Below, piece after piece: positions 29,929-39,312 of a DNA stretch of 64,000 bases. The notes beneath the pieces were generated by a model, which had not been told where the DNA came from, ran no database searches, and saw only the letters and a list, made by a program, of their open reading frames with translations. The DNA comes from Escherichia phage Ec_Makalu_002, in the sequence record MN709127.1, one strand, 5' to 3'. Every line of letters begins with the position of its first letter. Within the stretch, counting starts at the first letter, position 1. The translations under genes were made by a program, and so were the position numbers.

Positions 29929-30431
29929 TTCTCAGCCTTTAATCTTTCCAGTTCTTCTTCCAGTTCCTTGATGCGCTTCTCGCGTTCAATATCACGTTGG
30001 ATCTTAGTGGCGAATACTCGTTTAAACTGATTATAGTCATCAATTTTAAATACTTCCTCTTCACCATATCGACGTACAGAAACTTCGTAGTTGTTAAAAA
30101 ATTGTTCCAACATTGCATCAGTGGTCAGTTCTGCCGATACCACTTTAAAATGACGTTCTTCTGATTGCAAAAACCAGTTGTGCGCGTACTCCCGTACATC
30201 ATCAACATTGCAGCAGGTGTACACCTTGCCATCAATTTCAATCACAGAAACATAATCCACATCCGATGCATGGTGATCAAATGCAATAACTTTAAATGGA
30301 CGGTCGCCGATAAACTCTGCTATTGCATCATTTGCAACGCTAAAGTTTGCAAAATCTTCTCTCGTTTTCTTATCTTTCCACTGATAGGTCACGCCAGCAA
30401 CAAACATATTACCATCCTCGCTCTTTACCAA
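29925..30431 (-). CDS. paralog-family protein (novel ~90-aa domain + coiled-coil tail)
   Basis: GVTYQWKD..DRPFKVIAFD..IEIDGKVY..W; C-terminal EREKRIKELEEELERLK. Confidence 0.5.
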   Translation of the reverse strand: MVKSEDGNMFVAGVTYQWKDKKTREDFANFSVANDAIAEFIGDRPFKVIAFDHHASDVDYVSVIEIDGKVYTCCNVDDVREYAHNWFLQSEERHFKVVSAELTTDAMLEQFFNNYEVSVRRYGEEEVFKIDDYNQFKRVFATKIQRDIEREKRIKELEEELERLKAEK

Positions 30432-31233
30432 TCAAAAATTCAACTTCACGACGGTTAATGTCTTCTTGAAGGTCTTTAATCTTCTGTCGATCTTGCATGA
30501 TTTCGTCCATCTTGTCAAGTGCTGTGATGAAATCATCGAAACGTTCAAAGGTTTTACCTTCATTTGCTTCGCCAAATTTAACCATTGTTAGGCCATAACG
30601 ACTACTAAACAGACGCTTCAATTGCCCAACGATCTTAGAATCAGTGGTTATAACTTCCAATTCTTCTACTTCTTGAAAGAATTTTCTATCAGAATCAATA
30701 AACCAGCTAGTTCCTTTATGGTCGCTATCTTCGGTTGCACTCATTAGAGTATGGTCTTTACCATCAATTTCAATTACATCAATTTGCCCACATGGACGAA
30801 CATTTTTAACAGTAAAAGGTCTATAATTTATTGCTCGTGCAATAACATAATTAAGATTAGATACGTTTTCAGCATAATGACAGAAGTCGGTCATAGCATT
30901 CGCATCTTTCCAAGTATAAGTTTTACCAACCTCCCATTTCTGGGGAACTTCTTCAACTTCACGAAAGAATTTTCTATCGAATGGACTAAAGAGATATGTT
31001 GCAGTCCAAATGTCTTTTCCTGTAGCAGTTTTCGCCGTATGCTCAACCCCATCGAGTTCTATTACATCAATCCAACCATTATCCTCGATCTCGATGATGG
31101 TAAATGGCTTGTCACCAATAGCTGCACTAATATCGCTGTTAAGTGGAGAAAGAACACCTTCACCGTTAGTAATAAACTCAGTTTTAGCTTTTTCATCTTT
31201 CCAAGTGTAAGTTTTACCAATTTCCCATTTCAT
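30409..31233 (-). CDS. paralog-family protein with two tandem copies of the domain
   Basis: MKWEIGKTYTWKD...DRKFFREVEE then QKWEVGKTYTWKD...DRKFFQEVEE. Confidence 0.5.
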   Translation of the reverse strand: MKWEIGKTYTWKDEKAKTEFITNGEGVLSPLNSDISAAIGDKPFTIIEIEDNGWIDVIELDGVEHTAKTATGKDIWTATYLFSPFDRKFFREVEEVPQKWEVGKTYTWKDANAMTDFCHYAENVSNLNYVIARAINYRPFTVKNVRPCGQIDVIEIDGKDHTLMSATEDSDHKGTSWFIDSDRKFFQEVEELEVITTDSKIVGQLKRLFSSRYGLTMVKFGEANEGKTFERFDDFITALDKMDEIMQDRQKIKDLQEDINRREVEFLIGKERGW

Positions 31234-31245
31234 AATATATTCCCC

Positions 31246-31746
31246 TTAACCGATTTTATCAAGTTCGTTTAATGCTTTCTCTGCTTCCTGTATAGCTTGC
31301 ACTCTTTCCGGCATTTTGTCAAGAAAATCTTTCAACTCTTCAAAACTGGAGATATGACGCAATGCATTAGCACCGATAGCCGCATGTGATTTGCATTCAA
31401 AGCGAATTTTATAATTATCCATCGCCAATTTGAGAAGATCAATTAGATCATGCTCATGACCAGGCAATAAAACTTCTTTGAAGCACGCTCGGTCGCCATC
31501 GGAAAACCATATATTATCACCAACATCGATAGAACTAATATAATCCCCTTCGTGATTATAGATTGAACGTACATTACCCCAACGGTCTACCGTAGCAACA
31601 ATAAATGGTTTATCGAGATATGTAAACATACCATCAATATTAGGTCTTCGTTCGTAACGCCAACAATCACGCAAAATACTCTTTTCGTATTCTCCACCCA
31701 ACTTATAGGTCTTACCTTCTTCCCATTTCATATTATCATCTCTCAT
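31246..31746 (-). CDS. paralog-family protein
   Basis: MKWEEGKTYK...DKPFIVATVD...DRACFKEV; helical tail. Confidence 0.5.
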   Translation of the reverse strand: MRDDNMKWEEGKTYKLGGEYEKSILRDCWRYERRPNIDGMFTYLDKPFIVATVDRWGNVRSIYNHEGDYISSIDVGDNIWFSDGDRACFKEVLLPGHEHDLIDLLKLAMDNYKIRFECKSHAAIGANALRHISSFEELKDFLDKMPERVQAIQEAEKALNELDKIG

Positions 31747-32272
31747 TTTTGATACGTGATTCTAATTGGATCATACGGTCGCGCGTTTGCTTGTATTCGC
31801 GGATAGCACCGATCCGGCTAGGCATACCATCCAGTACGCTCTTAATACCTTCTAGGGTAGTGATTTTAGCAATGCTATTGTGCAATCCTGTCTTATCGAT
31901 CAACTGAATGTCGTAGGCTTCCATAAGCAGACCCAGACGTTCTAAAGTTAGGTCTTCTTCTTTTTCTTCCGATTCTGGAATCTTAGGTTCAATAGTAACT
32001 TCGGTAAAGAAACGACGCTCACCCGACCAAAACCACACACCAGAACAACCAATAGGGGATTCTTTTAACGTCATAGAGTCGAAATTACTACCAATAATAG
32101 TAATTTCTCTAACATCACCATCATCGTCAAGGTCTTCTACCCTAAACGGGCGACCAGCCAACAAGTCAACAATACATCTGTTAATAGACGACGAAAATTT
32201 AGTCAGTTCGGCTTTCGACGCTTCGCATTCAATCTTGTAAGTTTTACCAACTTCCCATTCCATAATAATCAC
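31736..32272 (-). CDS. paralog-family protein
   Basis: MEWEVGKTYK...GRPFRVEDLD...ERRFFTEV; helical tail. Confidence 0.5.
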   Translation of the reverse strand: MIIMEWEVGKTYKIECEASKAELTKFSSSINRCIVDLLAGRPFRVEDLDDDGDVREITIIGSNFDSMTLKESPIGCSGVWFWSGERRFFTEVTIEPKIPESEEKEEDLTLERLGLLMEAYDIQLIDKTGLHNSIAKITTLEGIKSVLDGMPSRIGAIREYKQTRDRMIQLESRIKNER

Positions 32273-32273
32273 C

Positions 32274-32777
32274 TCAAATAATTTTCACGGGAATACTATT
32301 AACAATCTTGTATTGTACTTGATTGTCAGACCCCCGCCACGGCTTCTTCGTTGGCATATCTTTAATATAACGCCCATCGATGAACATGTCAACCGATTCT
32401 ACAATTTTTCTTTGCTCATCATTCAATTGGTCAAGGGTATAACCGGACCATAGCCAAATATCTTTATTTGGCATCCATGATTTTACTTCATCGATGATCC
32501 GCTGTACACCCTTTAAATTGCGTTTATACAGCGGATCGCCACCTAAGAATGTTAGCCCCTGAATAAAATCAGGTCTAAGCAGATCCAGAATCAATCCCAT
32601 TGTATCATCGGTGAATGGTTCCCCGTTCTTAGGATTGAGTATACTGGAATTAAAGCAACCATCACATGCGTGTGAACATCCGGTAACGTAAAGGGAGACT
32701 CTCACTCCCTCACCGTTAACCATATCACAATCTTTAATATCGGCATAGCGTAGTTTGCCGTATGTATCAGAACTCAT
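32274..32777 (-). CDS. nrdG: anaerobic ribonucleotide reductase activating protein NrdG (radical SAM)
   Basis: CSHACDGCFN cluster, GGDPLY, DIWLWSGY, PTKKPWRGS match T4 NrdG; ATG 32777. Confidence 0.85.
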   Translation of the reverse strand: MSSDTYGKLRYADIKDCDMVNGEGVRVSLYVTGCSHACDGCFNSSILNPKNGEPFTDDTMGLILDLLRPDFIQGLTFLGGDPLYKRNLKGVQRIIDEVKSWMPNKDIWLWSGYTLDQLNDEQRKIVESVDMFIDGRYIKDMPTKKPWRGSDNQVQYKIVNSIPVKII

Positions 32778-32919
32778 ATTCAATTACCCCGAACTCGTTT
32801 ACAATCTGCGCTTTATAGTAACCGCCGCGAGATGCCAATAGATAAGCTGGGCTTAGGTATTCGTATTCACGGATTTCTACTTGTGCGTTTTCAGTTTCCC
32901 AAATCAGTAAAGTCCACAT
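32767..32919 (-). CDS. hypothetical small protein (50 aa)
   Basis: ORF track 32767..32994 contains the promoter cassette; internal ATG 32919 with SD AGGAGAA. Confidence 0.35.
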   Translation of the reverse strand: MWTLLIWETENAQVEIREYEYLSPAYLLASRGGYYKAQIVNEFGVIEYEF

Positions 32920-32961
32920 ATTTGATTCTCCTGTAAAGTTGTATCTCGTCTTGATGAATAT

Positions 32962-32990
32962 AGTATAGGGGATCTCGCGATCCCCGTCAA
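32962..32990 (-). promoter_or_regulatory. sigma70-like promoter (TTGACG-N17-TATACT), spacer palindrome GGGGATC..GATCCCC
   Basis: minus-strand reading. Confidence 0.5.
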
Positions 32991-32994
32991 GCAT

Positions 32995-33546
32995 TTATTT
33001 AAATTTTTCGAGAGATTTCAACCACAGGCGGCCTGGTAGGTACTCTCCGGCAAACATGAAATTGTCATCTGGATAAGAACGCAGCATATTCAAAATAAAC
33101 TTCCGGCACTCTTCGTAATCTTTACGTTTAAGATAAATCACATTCTCGCCAGTACCGATCACACCTTTGCTGTATCCATGCTCTTTACGCACAGACCATT
33201 GTACAGTATCCTTTTTAACCCGAATCACAACAGGTTCCCAATACCCAGCGCATCCGGCTACACCACACGAACAGGTGAGGAAGTATTGACCTTTTGCTTT
33301 GTTTTCCTCCCACCCGATATTAACCGGATGCCATTCGTGAAACAAGGCTAAAGCATCGTGTGTCTCTTCGATCTGTTTATTGTCAATTCTTACCGTAACC
33401 ATCCATACAGGGATCTTATTTGTTGGTTCATCATCATAACATGAATCATCATCAATATGTTCTAATGTCATATCAACATTAATTGATTTTGCGTGTTCCA
33501 TGTGTCGTTGTGCTTTACGTTTACGGTTTAATGATTTCATAGTCAC
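32995..33546 (-). CDS. hypothetical protein
   Basis: 183-aa ORF between nrdD and nrdG. Confidence 0.5.
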   Translation of the reverse strand: MTMKSLNRKRKAQRHMEHAKSINVDMTLEHIDDDSCYDDEPTNKIPVWMVTVRIDNKQIEETHDALALFHEWHPVNIGWEENKAKGQYFLTCSCGVAGCAGYWEPVVIRVKKDTVQWSVRKEHGYSKGVIGTGENVIYLKRKDYEECRKFILNMLRSYPDDNFMFAGEYLPGRLWLKSLEKFK

Positions 33547-33557
33547 CTCACATTATT

Positions 33558-34100
33558 TCAAAGATCGCGATATTGTACATTATGAAAGTGAGAACTTGCA
33601 TTACCAATATTGTAGATAATAAATTCTTCATCCGGCGCTTGCGCTACAAATTGAGTATGAGCAACCGCCACAACCTTAAAAATACGATCCGTGATCTTGT
33701 GTTTAATTTCGGCTCCTACTTCCATAGGAACATATTCATGTGTTTCTGTTTCAGTCGCAAAAAAGCCATCTTCTTCATAAGCACGAACAAATCGATCGCA
33801 ATCAGTACGCTTAACAAATTCAAGAGTATACAATTCTCGTGAATTGTCGGTATATACCAATACAGAATTATTCTGATAGCGAATCACATACAGGTTATTA
33901 TCATCGTCAATTACGCAAAAGCTACGGATTTGTGTTCCTTCTCCTTTACTCCAGCAGATATTAACTACCGTTCCTCTAATAAAAAAACTTTCCTTTAAAT
34001 TAAAACTAGCCAATGTGCTAGCGTGCATTTTAACAACAACACCATCACCAATTTCCAGTTTACGAAGTTTAACTTCTTTGCTCAGTACACAAAACATCAT
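33558..34100 (-). CDS. hypothetical protein
   Basis: 180-aa ORF; SD GAGAGGA. Confidence 0.5.
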   Translation of the reverse strand: MMFCVLSKEVKLRKLEIGDGVVVKMHASTLASFNLKESFFIRGTVVNICWSKGEGTQIRSFCVIDDDNNLYVIRYQNNSVLVYTDNSRELYTLEFVKRTDCDRFVRAYEEDGFFATETETHEYVPMEVGAEIKHKITDRIFKVVAVAHTQFVAQAPDEEFIIYNIGNASSHFHNVQYRDL

Positions 34101-34132
34101 AATGTTGTCCTCTCTTTGTTTTCGATGTGAGC

Positions 34133-34160
34133 ATTATACATGAGCTAATCATGTTGTCAA
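34133..34160 (-). promoter_or_regulatory. sigma70-like promoter (TTGACA-N16-TATAAT)
   Basis: directly follows nrdD terminator; CATCGAAAAC box. Confidence 0.55.
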
Positions 34161-34162
34161 CA

Positions 34163-34202
34163 CCCCAAAAACGAAAAAAGCCGACCCTTTCGGATCGGCT
34201 GA
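34163..34202 (-). terminator. rho-independent terminator after nrdD
   Basis: minus strand AGCCGATCCGAAAGGGTCGGCTTTTTTCGTTTTT. Confidence 0.65.
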
Positions 34203-34205
34203 AAA

Positions 34206-36068
34206 TTACATGTGCTTAACGCGGTTTACCATCTCGGAGTGTTTCCCGTGGTTAAATGGACGCAGATCAACAGATCCAAGATATCCACTAACGCGACGGA
34301 TGACATTCATCTTTTCCAGATTGTCATTGCCGCAATCAGGACAAACAAAACCAGACTCGGTCGCTCTCATTTCCTTAGTAGATCCGCATACATGACATAC
34401 ATCAGAAGGAGTATTAACACCGAAGTAGTGCAATTTATCCATTGCATAGTCTACTACAGTTTCAAGCCCTTTAATGTTGTTTTTCATGTCCGGGAACTCA
34501 ACATAAGAGATCATACCACCAGACGCCAGCCAGTGATAGTCTTTCTCAAAGTCGATTTTCTCAAACGGTGTAACTTTCCGGTCTACGTCAAGGTGGAATG
34601 AGTTGGTGTACCAATCTTTATCGGTAGCACCCTTAACAATACCAAATTGCTCTCGGTCCAGTCGATTAAATCGATAACAAAGGCTCTCGGCTGGCGTGCC
34701 GTAAAGACTAAACCCAAGTCCGGTTTCGTCCTTCCATTTTTCAGTATAATGACGCAGGATTTTAAGAATATGTTTACCGTATCGCTGCGCATCTTCCGAA
34801 TCAAACGGATGAACACCAAACAGGACGCTCAACACTTCATGTAAACCAATATACCCAAGAGAGATACTAGCGCGACCATCTTTCAGCACTTCCAAAATTT
34901 CATCGTTTTGATGAATACGGAAAAATGCACCTTCTGTATACAGCACCGGAGCAACATTGGCTTTAGCCCCTTTTAAAGCGTCTACGCGACTCATGAGCGC
35001 ATCAAAGCAAATAGGCAGACGATTAGCTAGCTCTTGTTCGAATAGCTCAATTCTGCGCATTACAGACGCTTTACCAGCACGACGCGCGGCAATAAGTGCA
35101 ATACGCGGAAGATTCAGAGTCACAACACCTAAGTTATTACGTCCGTCTAATACTTCTTCGCCTTTCTCATTATGCCACACACCCAGGAAGCTACGACAAC
35201 CCATCGGGCTAACCGGAACACTAGATCCAGTGATACTACGGTTATTCTTCGCAGAGATATAATCAGGGTAAAGACGCTTACTAGAACATTCCAATGCAAG
35301 TTGCTTAATATCGTAGTTCGGATCTTCCGGTTTAAGGTTTAATCCTTCTTCTAAGAACATCACCAGCTTAGGAAACACCGGAGTTATACCATCTTTACCT
35401 AAACCTTTAGTTCGAACTTTCAGGATCGCTTTCTGAATCAGTTTTTCTTCCCAGCTAGTACCCATACCAAAGGTTAAAGTCACAAAAGGTGTTTGACCGT
35501 TGGTAGAGAACAAAGTGTTGATCTCATATTCCAACGCCTGATATCCGTCTAGTGTTTCTTTTTCTGTCTTCTCTTGTGCATAGAGAGTATTAGCTTTGAT
35601 TCCGTAGGTTTCGGCATCAGCAAGATGTTTATGATATGTTTTCTTAACATACGGTGCTAACACCTGATCGATGTTTGCTATGGTAGTTCCGCCATATTGA
35701 TGACTTGCCACCTGTGCGATAATTTGAGCTGTTACAGCACATGCAACACCGATCGATTTAGGACTTTCGATTTGTGCGCTACCCAATTTAAAACCATTCT
35801 CTAACATGTCTTTGAGATTAACAAGACAGCAGTTAGTAAACGGCATAGCGGGTGCATAATCCATATCATGATAATGAATATCACCGTCTACATGCGCTTT
35901 ATAGATGTGCTCAGGTAACACGGTTTTAGCAATCTGTTTAGACACAGCACCAGCAATCAGATCTCGACGTGTCGGGAATGTTCGCGCGTCTTTGTTCGCG
36001 TTCTCTTTGCTTACTTCGTTTTCTTTACCCGTTGCGATCTCTGTAATGTCTTTGATTAGTTTTTCCAT
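34206..36068 (-). CDS. nrdD: anaerobic ribonucleoside-triphosphate reductase NrdD (glycyl radical enzyme)
   Basis: 620 aa; C-terminal Zn ribbon CHVCGSTK..CPDCGN and glycyl-radical motif RVSGYLGS; no intron. Confidence 0.9.
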   Translation of the reverse strand: MEKLIKDITEIATGKENEVSKENANKDARTFPTRRDLIAGAVSKQIAKTVLPEHIYKAHVDGDIHYHDMDYAPAMPFTNCCLVNLKDMLENGFKLGSAQIESPKSIGVACAVTAQIIAQVASHQYGGTTIANIDQVLAPYVKKTYHKHLADAETYGIKANTLYAQEKTEKETLDGYQALEYEINTLFSTNGQTPFVTLTFGMGTSWEEKLIQKAILKVRTKGLGKDGITPVFPKLVMFLEEGLNLKPEDPNYDIKQLALECSSKRLYPDYISAKNNRSITGSSVPVSPMGCRSFLGVWHNEKGEEVLDGRNNLGVVTLNLPRIALIAARRAGKASVMRRIELFEQELANRLPICFDALMSRVDALKGAKANVAPVLYTEGAFFRIHQNDEILEVLKDGRASISLGYIGLHEVLSVLFGVHPFDSEDAQRYGKHILKILRHYTEKWKDETGLGFSLYGTPAESLCYRFNRLDREQFGIVKGATDKDWYTNSFHLDVDRKVTPFEKIDFEKDYHWLASGGMISYVEFPDMKNNIKGLETVVDYAMDKLHYFGVNTPSDVCHVCGSTKEMRATESGFVCPDCGNDNLEKMNVIRRVSGYLGSVDLRPFNHGKHSEMVNRVKHM

Positions 36069-36079
36069 TGTATCACCTA

Positions 36080-36105
36080 TGAAAAAGCGGGATTTTCTCC
36101 CGCTC
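36080..36105 (-). terminator. hairpin AGCGGGA..TCCCGCT plus T-run immediately upstream of nrdD
   Basis: minus strand GAGCGGGAGAAAATCCCGCTTTTTC. Confidence 0.5.
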
Positions 36106-36113
36106 GTTGATAG

Positions 36114-36608
36114 TTATTTTACCAGTTCTGCTAATTCTTTTTCTTTAGCTTCCAGTTCAGCCTTAAGCTGTTTAATCTCTTGTCGCTTCTTATTAGCGGC
36201 TTCCTGCTTACTATTTCGGATAATCTGATCTAGATACAACTCCCAATCCTGAATATTTTTGATAATATAACCGTCAACATTAATTGGTTGGATATTTAGT
36301 ACAGCTTCCAGTTTAGTCGCAAAAACTTTAATTGCTGGGGTGAAGTATTCATATTCGTTATCTTCAAACCAATAACCTAGACTTGCATTATCAATACGAA
36401 GACGAAGTTCAAGATCAAGGTCTTTATCTTCGGTGTATAGGTCTTTTACACCCCCCATCGAACCAACAACAACTTTAAAACGAATTTTATCAACACCACC
36501 AAACACATCAGTAAGGATACCAGCAATTGAACTATTAGCGCAAGATTGGTCGCTGAATGCGTCAAGGTTTTCTTTAGTTACAGTATACCAAACATCTTGT
36601 ACCCACAT
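36114..36608 (-). CDS. hypothetical protein with coiled-coil tail
   Basis: 164 aa; C-terminal KKRQEIKQLKAELEAKEKELAELVK like the paralog-family tails. Confidence 0.45.
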   Translation of the reverse strand: MWVQDVWYTVTKENLDAFSDQSCANSSIAGILTDVFGGVDKIRFKVVVGSMGGVKDLYTEDKDLDLELRLRIDNASLGYWFEDNEYEYFTPAIKVFATKLEAVLNIQPINVDGYIIKNIQDWELYLDQIIRNSKQEAANKKRQEIKQLKAELEAKEKELAELVK

Positions 36609-36638
36609 AATATAATCCTCTCGTTGTTAAGTGGGAGT

Positions 36639-36666
36639 ATTATAGCATACTCCCTTCGCATGTCAA
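36639..36666 (-). promoter_or_regulatory. sigma70-like promoter (TTGACA-N16-TATAAT), hairpin GGGAGTAT..ATACTCCC
   Basis: minus-strand reading. Confidence 0.5.
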
Positions 36667-37841
36667 GCACGAACTTTTTTCTTTACTGCTTTCACCTTCT
36701 GGCGAATTGCTCGAATCGCTTCGATCTCTTTTTCAGTCTCTTTAACAATTTCTTTGCGATTCTGAATATCTGTATCGAGATTATCATCAAGTTTAGGCAG
36801 CACGTCAATCAAGAACTTTTTAAAGTCTTTCAGGTTTCGGATAACCGCACCTTCACCCATTACCGCCACCCCTACACCATCCGGCAGATCACCAAACAGC
36901 TTAACCAGTTCAGATAGATGATCATGATCCTCTAGTGCTTCTTCCGGTTCAGATGGCAGTTCAACAAAGTTATAACGTTCATCATTGCTGATCAGATGAT
37001 ACCAGCAAAGCCCGAAAGATTTAGGAGTATATTCTACACCATCAACTTCAACCGCGTCAACACTTCCGAAAGGATCTACTTTAGTTACCTTAAATCCATG
37101 TTCCAGCTTTTGAACAATTTCAATAACATGGCTGGATACGGTTTCAGTGTTAAACCAATGAGGCAAATTATGCTGATTTGGCTTGTAGCGTTCGCCTACT
37201 TTAAATCGCTGACCTTCCGCTTGCATAGAATGAAATTGATGGTTGGTGATTTCCGCGAAGTATTCAAATTCGCCACCGTCAAACACACAAGCCCATTGAT
37301 CACAAAAACGATCTGCCTTAACGGTTTCACCTTTCGCGGTGATCATGGTAGCTGATCCGTGCAATTCTTCTTCAACCAAAAAGCCATATTCGACAAAATC
37401 AGCAAGTTTCATGGCTTCTTTGTGTTCTGGGTCATGCTCTCCCCAGAATCGCTTAAATTCTTGCAAACCTTCTGGGGTAAACGAATAACATTTACCTTTT
37501 TCAAAGTAAGTCGGCATTGCATCCTCTTTCTTGTTCATCGCTTCGTATGCCTCTTTTGAGATACGTTTAAAGTATTTGCGCTCATTGTGCATAATCATAG
37601 TAGACCAATAATAAACGATATCCTCAGCGGAATAAACTACATCTCCAGCTTCAATAGTAATAACATGACCGTGGTCATCTTTTTCTAATACTTTAAAGCC
37701 CTTTTCTACGATTTCAGCAACTCGAATATGACCACGGCGCGAAGCATCGGTCAGAATAATTGAATAGCGAGAAAAGTCTAGAAACTCATCTTTACCGCCT
37801 TCACGGAATGCATAGTAATGACCTTCAAAGAATTTAGCCAT
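36663..37841 (-). CDS. paralog-family protein with three tandem domain copies
   Basis: 392 aa; GHYYAF..GFKVLEKDDHGHV..NERKYFKRI; KGKCYSF..; KVGERYK..GFKVTKVDPFG..ERYNFVEL. Confidence 0.5.
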   Translation of the reverse strand: MAKFFEGHYYAFREGGKDEFLDFSRYSIILTDASRRGHIRVAEIVEKGFKVLEKDDHGHVITIEAGDVVYSAEDIVYYWSTMIMHNERKYFKRISKEAYEAMNKKEDAMPTYFEKGKCYSFTPEGLQEFKRFWGEHDPEHKEAMKLADFVEYGFLVEEELHGSATMITAKGETVKADRFCDQWACVFDGGEFEYFAEITNHQFHSMQAEGQRFKVGERYKPNQHNLPHWFNTETVSSHVIEIVQKLEHGFKVTKVDPFGSVDAVEVDGVEYTPKSFGLCWYHLISNDERYNFVELPSEPEEALEDHDHLSELVKLFGDLPDGVGVAVMGEGAVIRNLKDFKKFLIDVLPKLDDNLDTDIQNRKEIVKETEKEIEAIRAIRQKVKAVKKKVRA

Positions 37842-37872
37842 AATATAATCCTCTCGTTGTTTAGATGGGAGT

Positions 37873-37901
37873 ATCTTACTACTCCCGTTTCATCATGTCA
37901 A
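37873..37901 (-). promoter_or_regulatory. sigma70-like promoter (TTGACA-N17-TAAGAT), hairpin GGGAGTA..TACTCCC
   Basis: minus-strand reading. Confidence 0.45.
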
Positions 37902-38464
37902 GCGTTAAATGACTTTTTAATCTCTTTCAGTTCTTCCACTTTCTCGGCGCTGAATTTAGCGTAGGTATCATGTCGAATAATTTCACTTTCAAGAAAGGTT
38001 TCCAGTCGAGATCTATTTTCAATAAGGAACTCTTTCAGGTCTTCCGCGTTCTTGACAAAGATTTTATTGTCGGTAATGTCATCTTCAATCGCAAAGGAGA
38101 TAGAGCGAACTTTACCAAACAAGTTAATCAGATCTTCCAGAGATTCTTCTTTCTTAACTGGCTTCATTTCTTCAAACTGCTTTTTAGTGATGCGTTTAAA
38201 GTATTTGCGCTCGTTTGCAGCAATCAGAACAGATGCACCTTCATACCCATGAGTTTCTACCAGATACACACGCCCCATCGCATCAACAGTGAGAACTTTA
38301 AAGCCGTTACAAAGCACGTCATACAAGAACTTATTATGTTGCGGACATCGTTTGATAAATTCTGCGGCTGTTTCTGCACTACGGAAAGTGTAATAACGAC
38401 CTCGTTCAAAAACAGCATCATTTGAAGACTTAGCCGGATACAATTTATACGTTTTCTGTACCAT
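37898..38464 (-). CDS. paralog-family protein
   Basis: GFKVLTVDAMGRVYLVE..NERKYFKRI; start moved to ATG 38464 with SD GAGGATTATATT. Confidence 0.5.
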   Translation of the reverse strand: MVQKTYKLYPAKSSNDAVFERGRYYTFRSAETAAEFIKRCPQHNKFLYDVLCNGFKVLTVDAMGRVYLVETHGYEGASVLIAANERKYFKRITKKQFEEMKPVKKEESLEDLINLFGKVRSISFAIEDDITDNKIFVKNAEDLKEFLIENRSRLETFLESEIIRHDTYAKFSAEKVEELKEIKKSFNA

Positions 38465-38490
38465 AATATAATCCTCTATCATTTCACTAA

Positions 38491-38751
38491 TTAAACAGCA
38501 CGGAACAGAATGCGCTCACACGGAAGCAGCATAAATTCCCAACGCGGGTCAAAGTCTTTAGCGGTGTATGTTTTCCCATCAACCGCTATTTCACTTACAT
38601 AACCAACAGGTGACACTTTAAGAACAGTAAACCCATTCTTGATGACTTCGTAGGTATCTTTCACCCCTTCGTATTCATCATCTAAGAAGTCTTTATGTGC
38701 TTGCTCAGATTTAAAAACATAGGCCACACCGGATTTAAACATCTTACGCAT
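38491..38751 (-). CDS. paralog-family protein (single domain)
   Basis: GVAYVFKS..GFTVLKVSPVGYV..VDGKTY..W; start ATG 38751 with SD AAGGAGAA. Confidence 0.45.
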   Translation of the reverse strand: MRKMFKSGVAYVFKSEQAHKDFLDDEYEGVKDTYEVIKNGFTVLKVSPVGYVSEIAVDGKTYTAKDFDPRWEFMLLPCERILFRAV

Positions 38752-38782
38752 TGTTGATTCTCCTTCTTGATTAGATGGGAGT

Positions 38783-38811
38783 ATTTTACTACTCCCATTT
38801 CTTATTGTCAA
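38783..38811 (-). promoter_or_regulatory. sigma70-like promoter (TTGACA-N17-TAAAAT)
   Basis: minus-strand reading. Confidence 0.5.
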
Positions 38812-38814
38812 CTA

Positions 38815-39288
38815 CTATCTTAATCTTTGTATGAATTGTTTCTTATACTTCTTCGTGATTTCTTCTCGTGTATCAGCGTCGCAGTAATCGAAACCTTCTG
38901 CGTCCATAATAGCAACCATCTCCGCGCGTGTCAAGCGTGAAAATCGTTTTACTTTATCAACAGCATATTGAGGATGTAAATGATTGTTGGTGTAGTCTCC
39001 TTTGATGTAATTAACATAGTTTGTAGCCCAAACTACGAAATCAGCACCTAAAGCACCAACACCAAACCGCTTAAAGTCTCCGGTCAACGATCCTTCTAGG
39101 CGGTTGCAACACGAATGAAGCAATCCCCTTACACGTCCTTGACCTTTACCATCTAGATCGTGGTCGTGGTCAAGATGGTTTTTGCTCATATCCTCAAAAA
39201 GTGGCAATTGACAAAGGGGGCAAATGCCCCCTTGTTTTTCGAATAGTTCTTGTTTGTACTCTTTAGCACTCTTAGCAGTCAGTAACAT
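38815..39288 (-). CDS. 49: endonuclease VII (Holliday junction resolvase gp49)
   Basis: MLLT.K..KE.KQ...GICPLCQ...NHLDHDH.L.G...G.VRGLL..CN closely matches T4 endo VII; 157 aa from ATG 39288. Confidence 0.85.
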   Translation of the reverse strand: MLLTAKSAKEYKQELFEKQGGICPLCQLPLFEDMSKNHLDHDHDLDGKGQGRVRGLLHSCCNRLEGSLTGDFKRFGVGALGADFVVWATNYVNYIKGDYTNNHLHPQYAVDKVKRFSRLTRAEMVAIMDAEGFDYCDADTREEITKKYKKQFIQRLR

Positions 39289-39312
39289 AAATTCACCCTC
39301 CAAAGAAGGTAT

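Noticed and set aside
56-31272. Numerous plus-strand ORFs of 60-170 aa from the six-frame track (e.g. 604..924, 19733..20227, 27045..27557, 30751..31272)
   Set aside because: All lie antisense within well-supported minus-strand genes, lack RBS context and break the tiling, so treated as spurious
34206-36068. Group I intron or homing endonuclease interrupting nrdD, as in T4
   Set aside because: nrdD is a single continuous 620-aa ORF with intact C-terminal glycyl-radical and Zn-ribbon motifs
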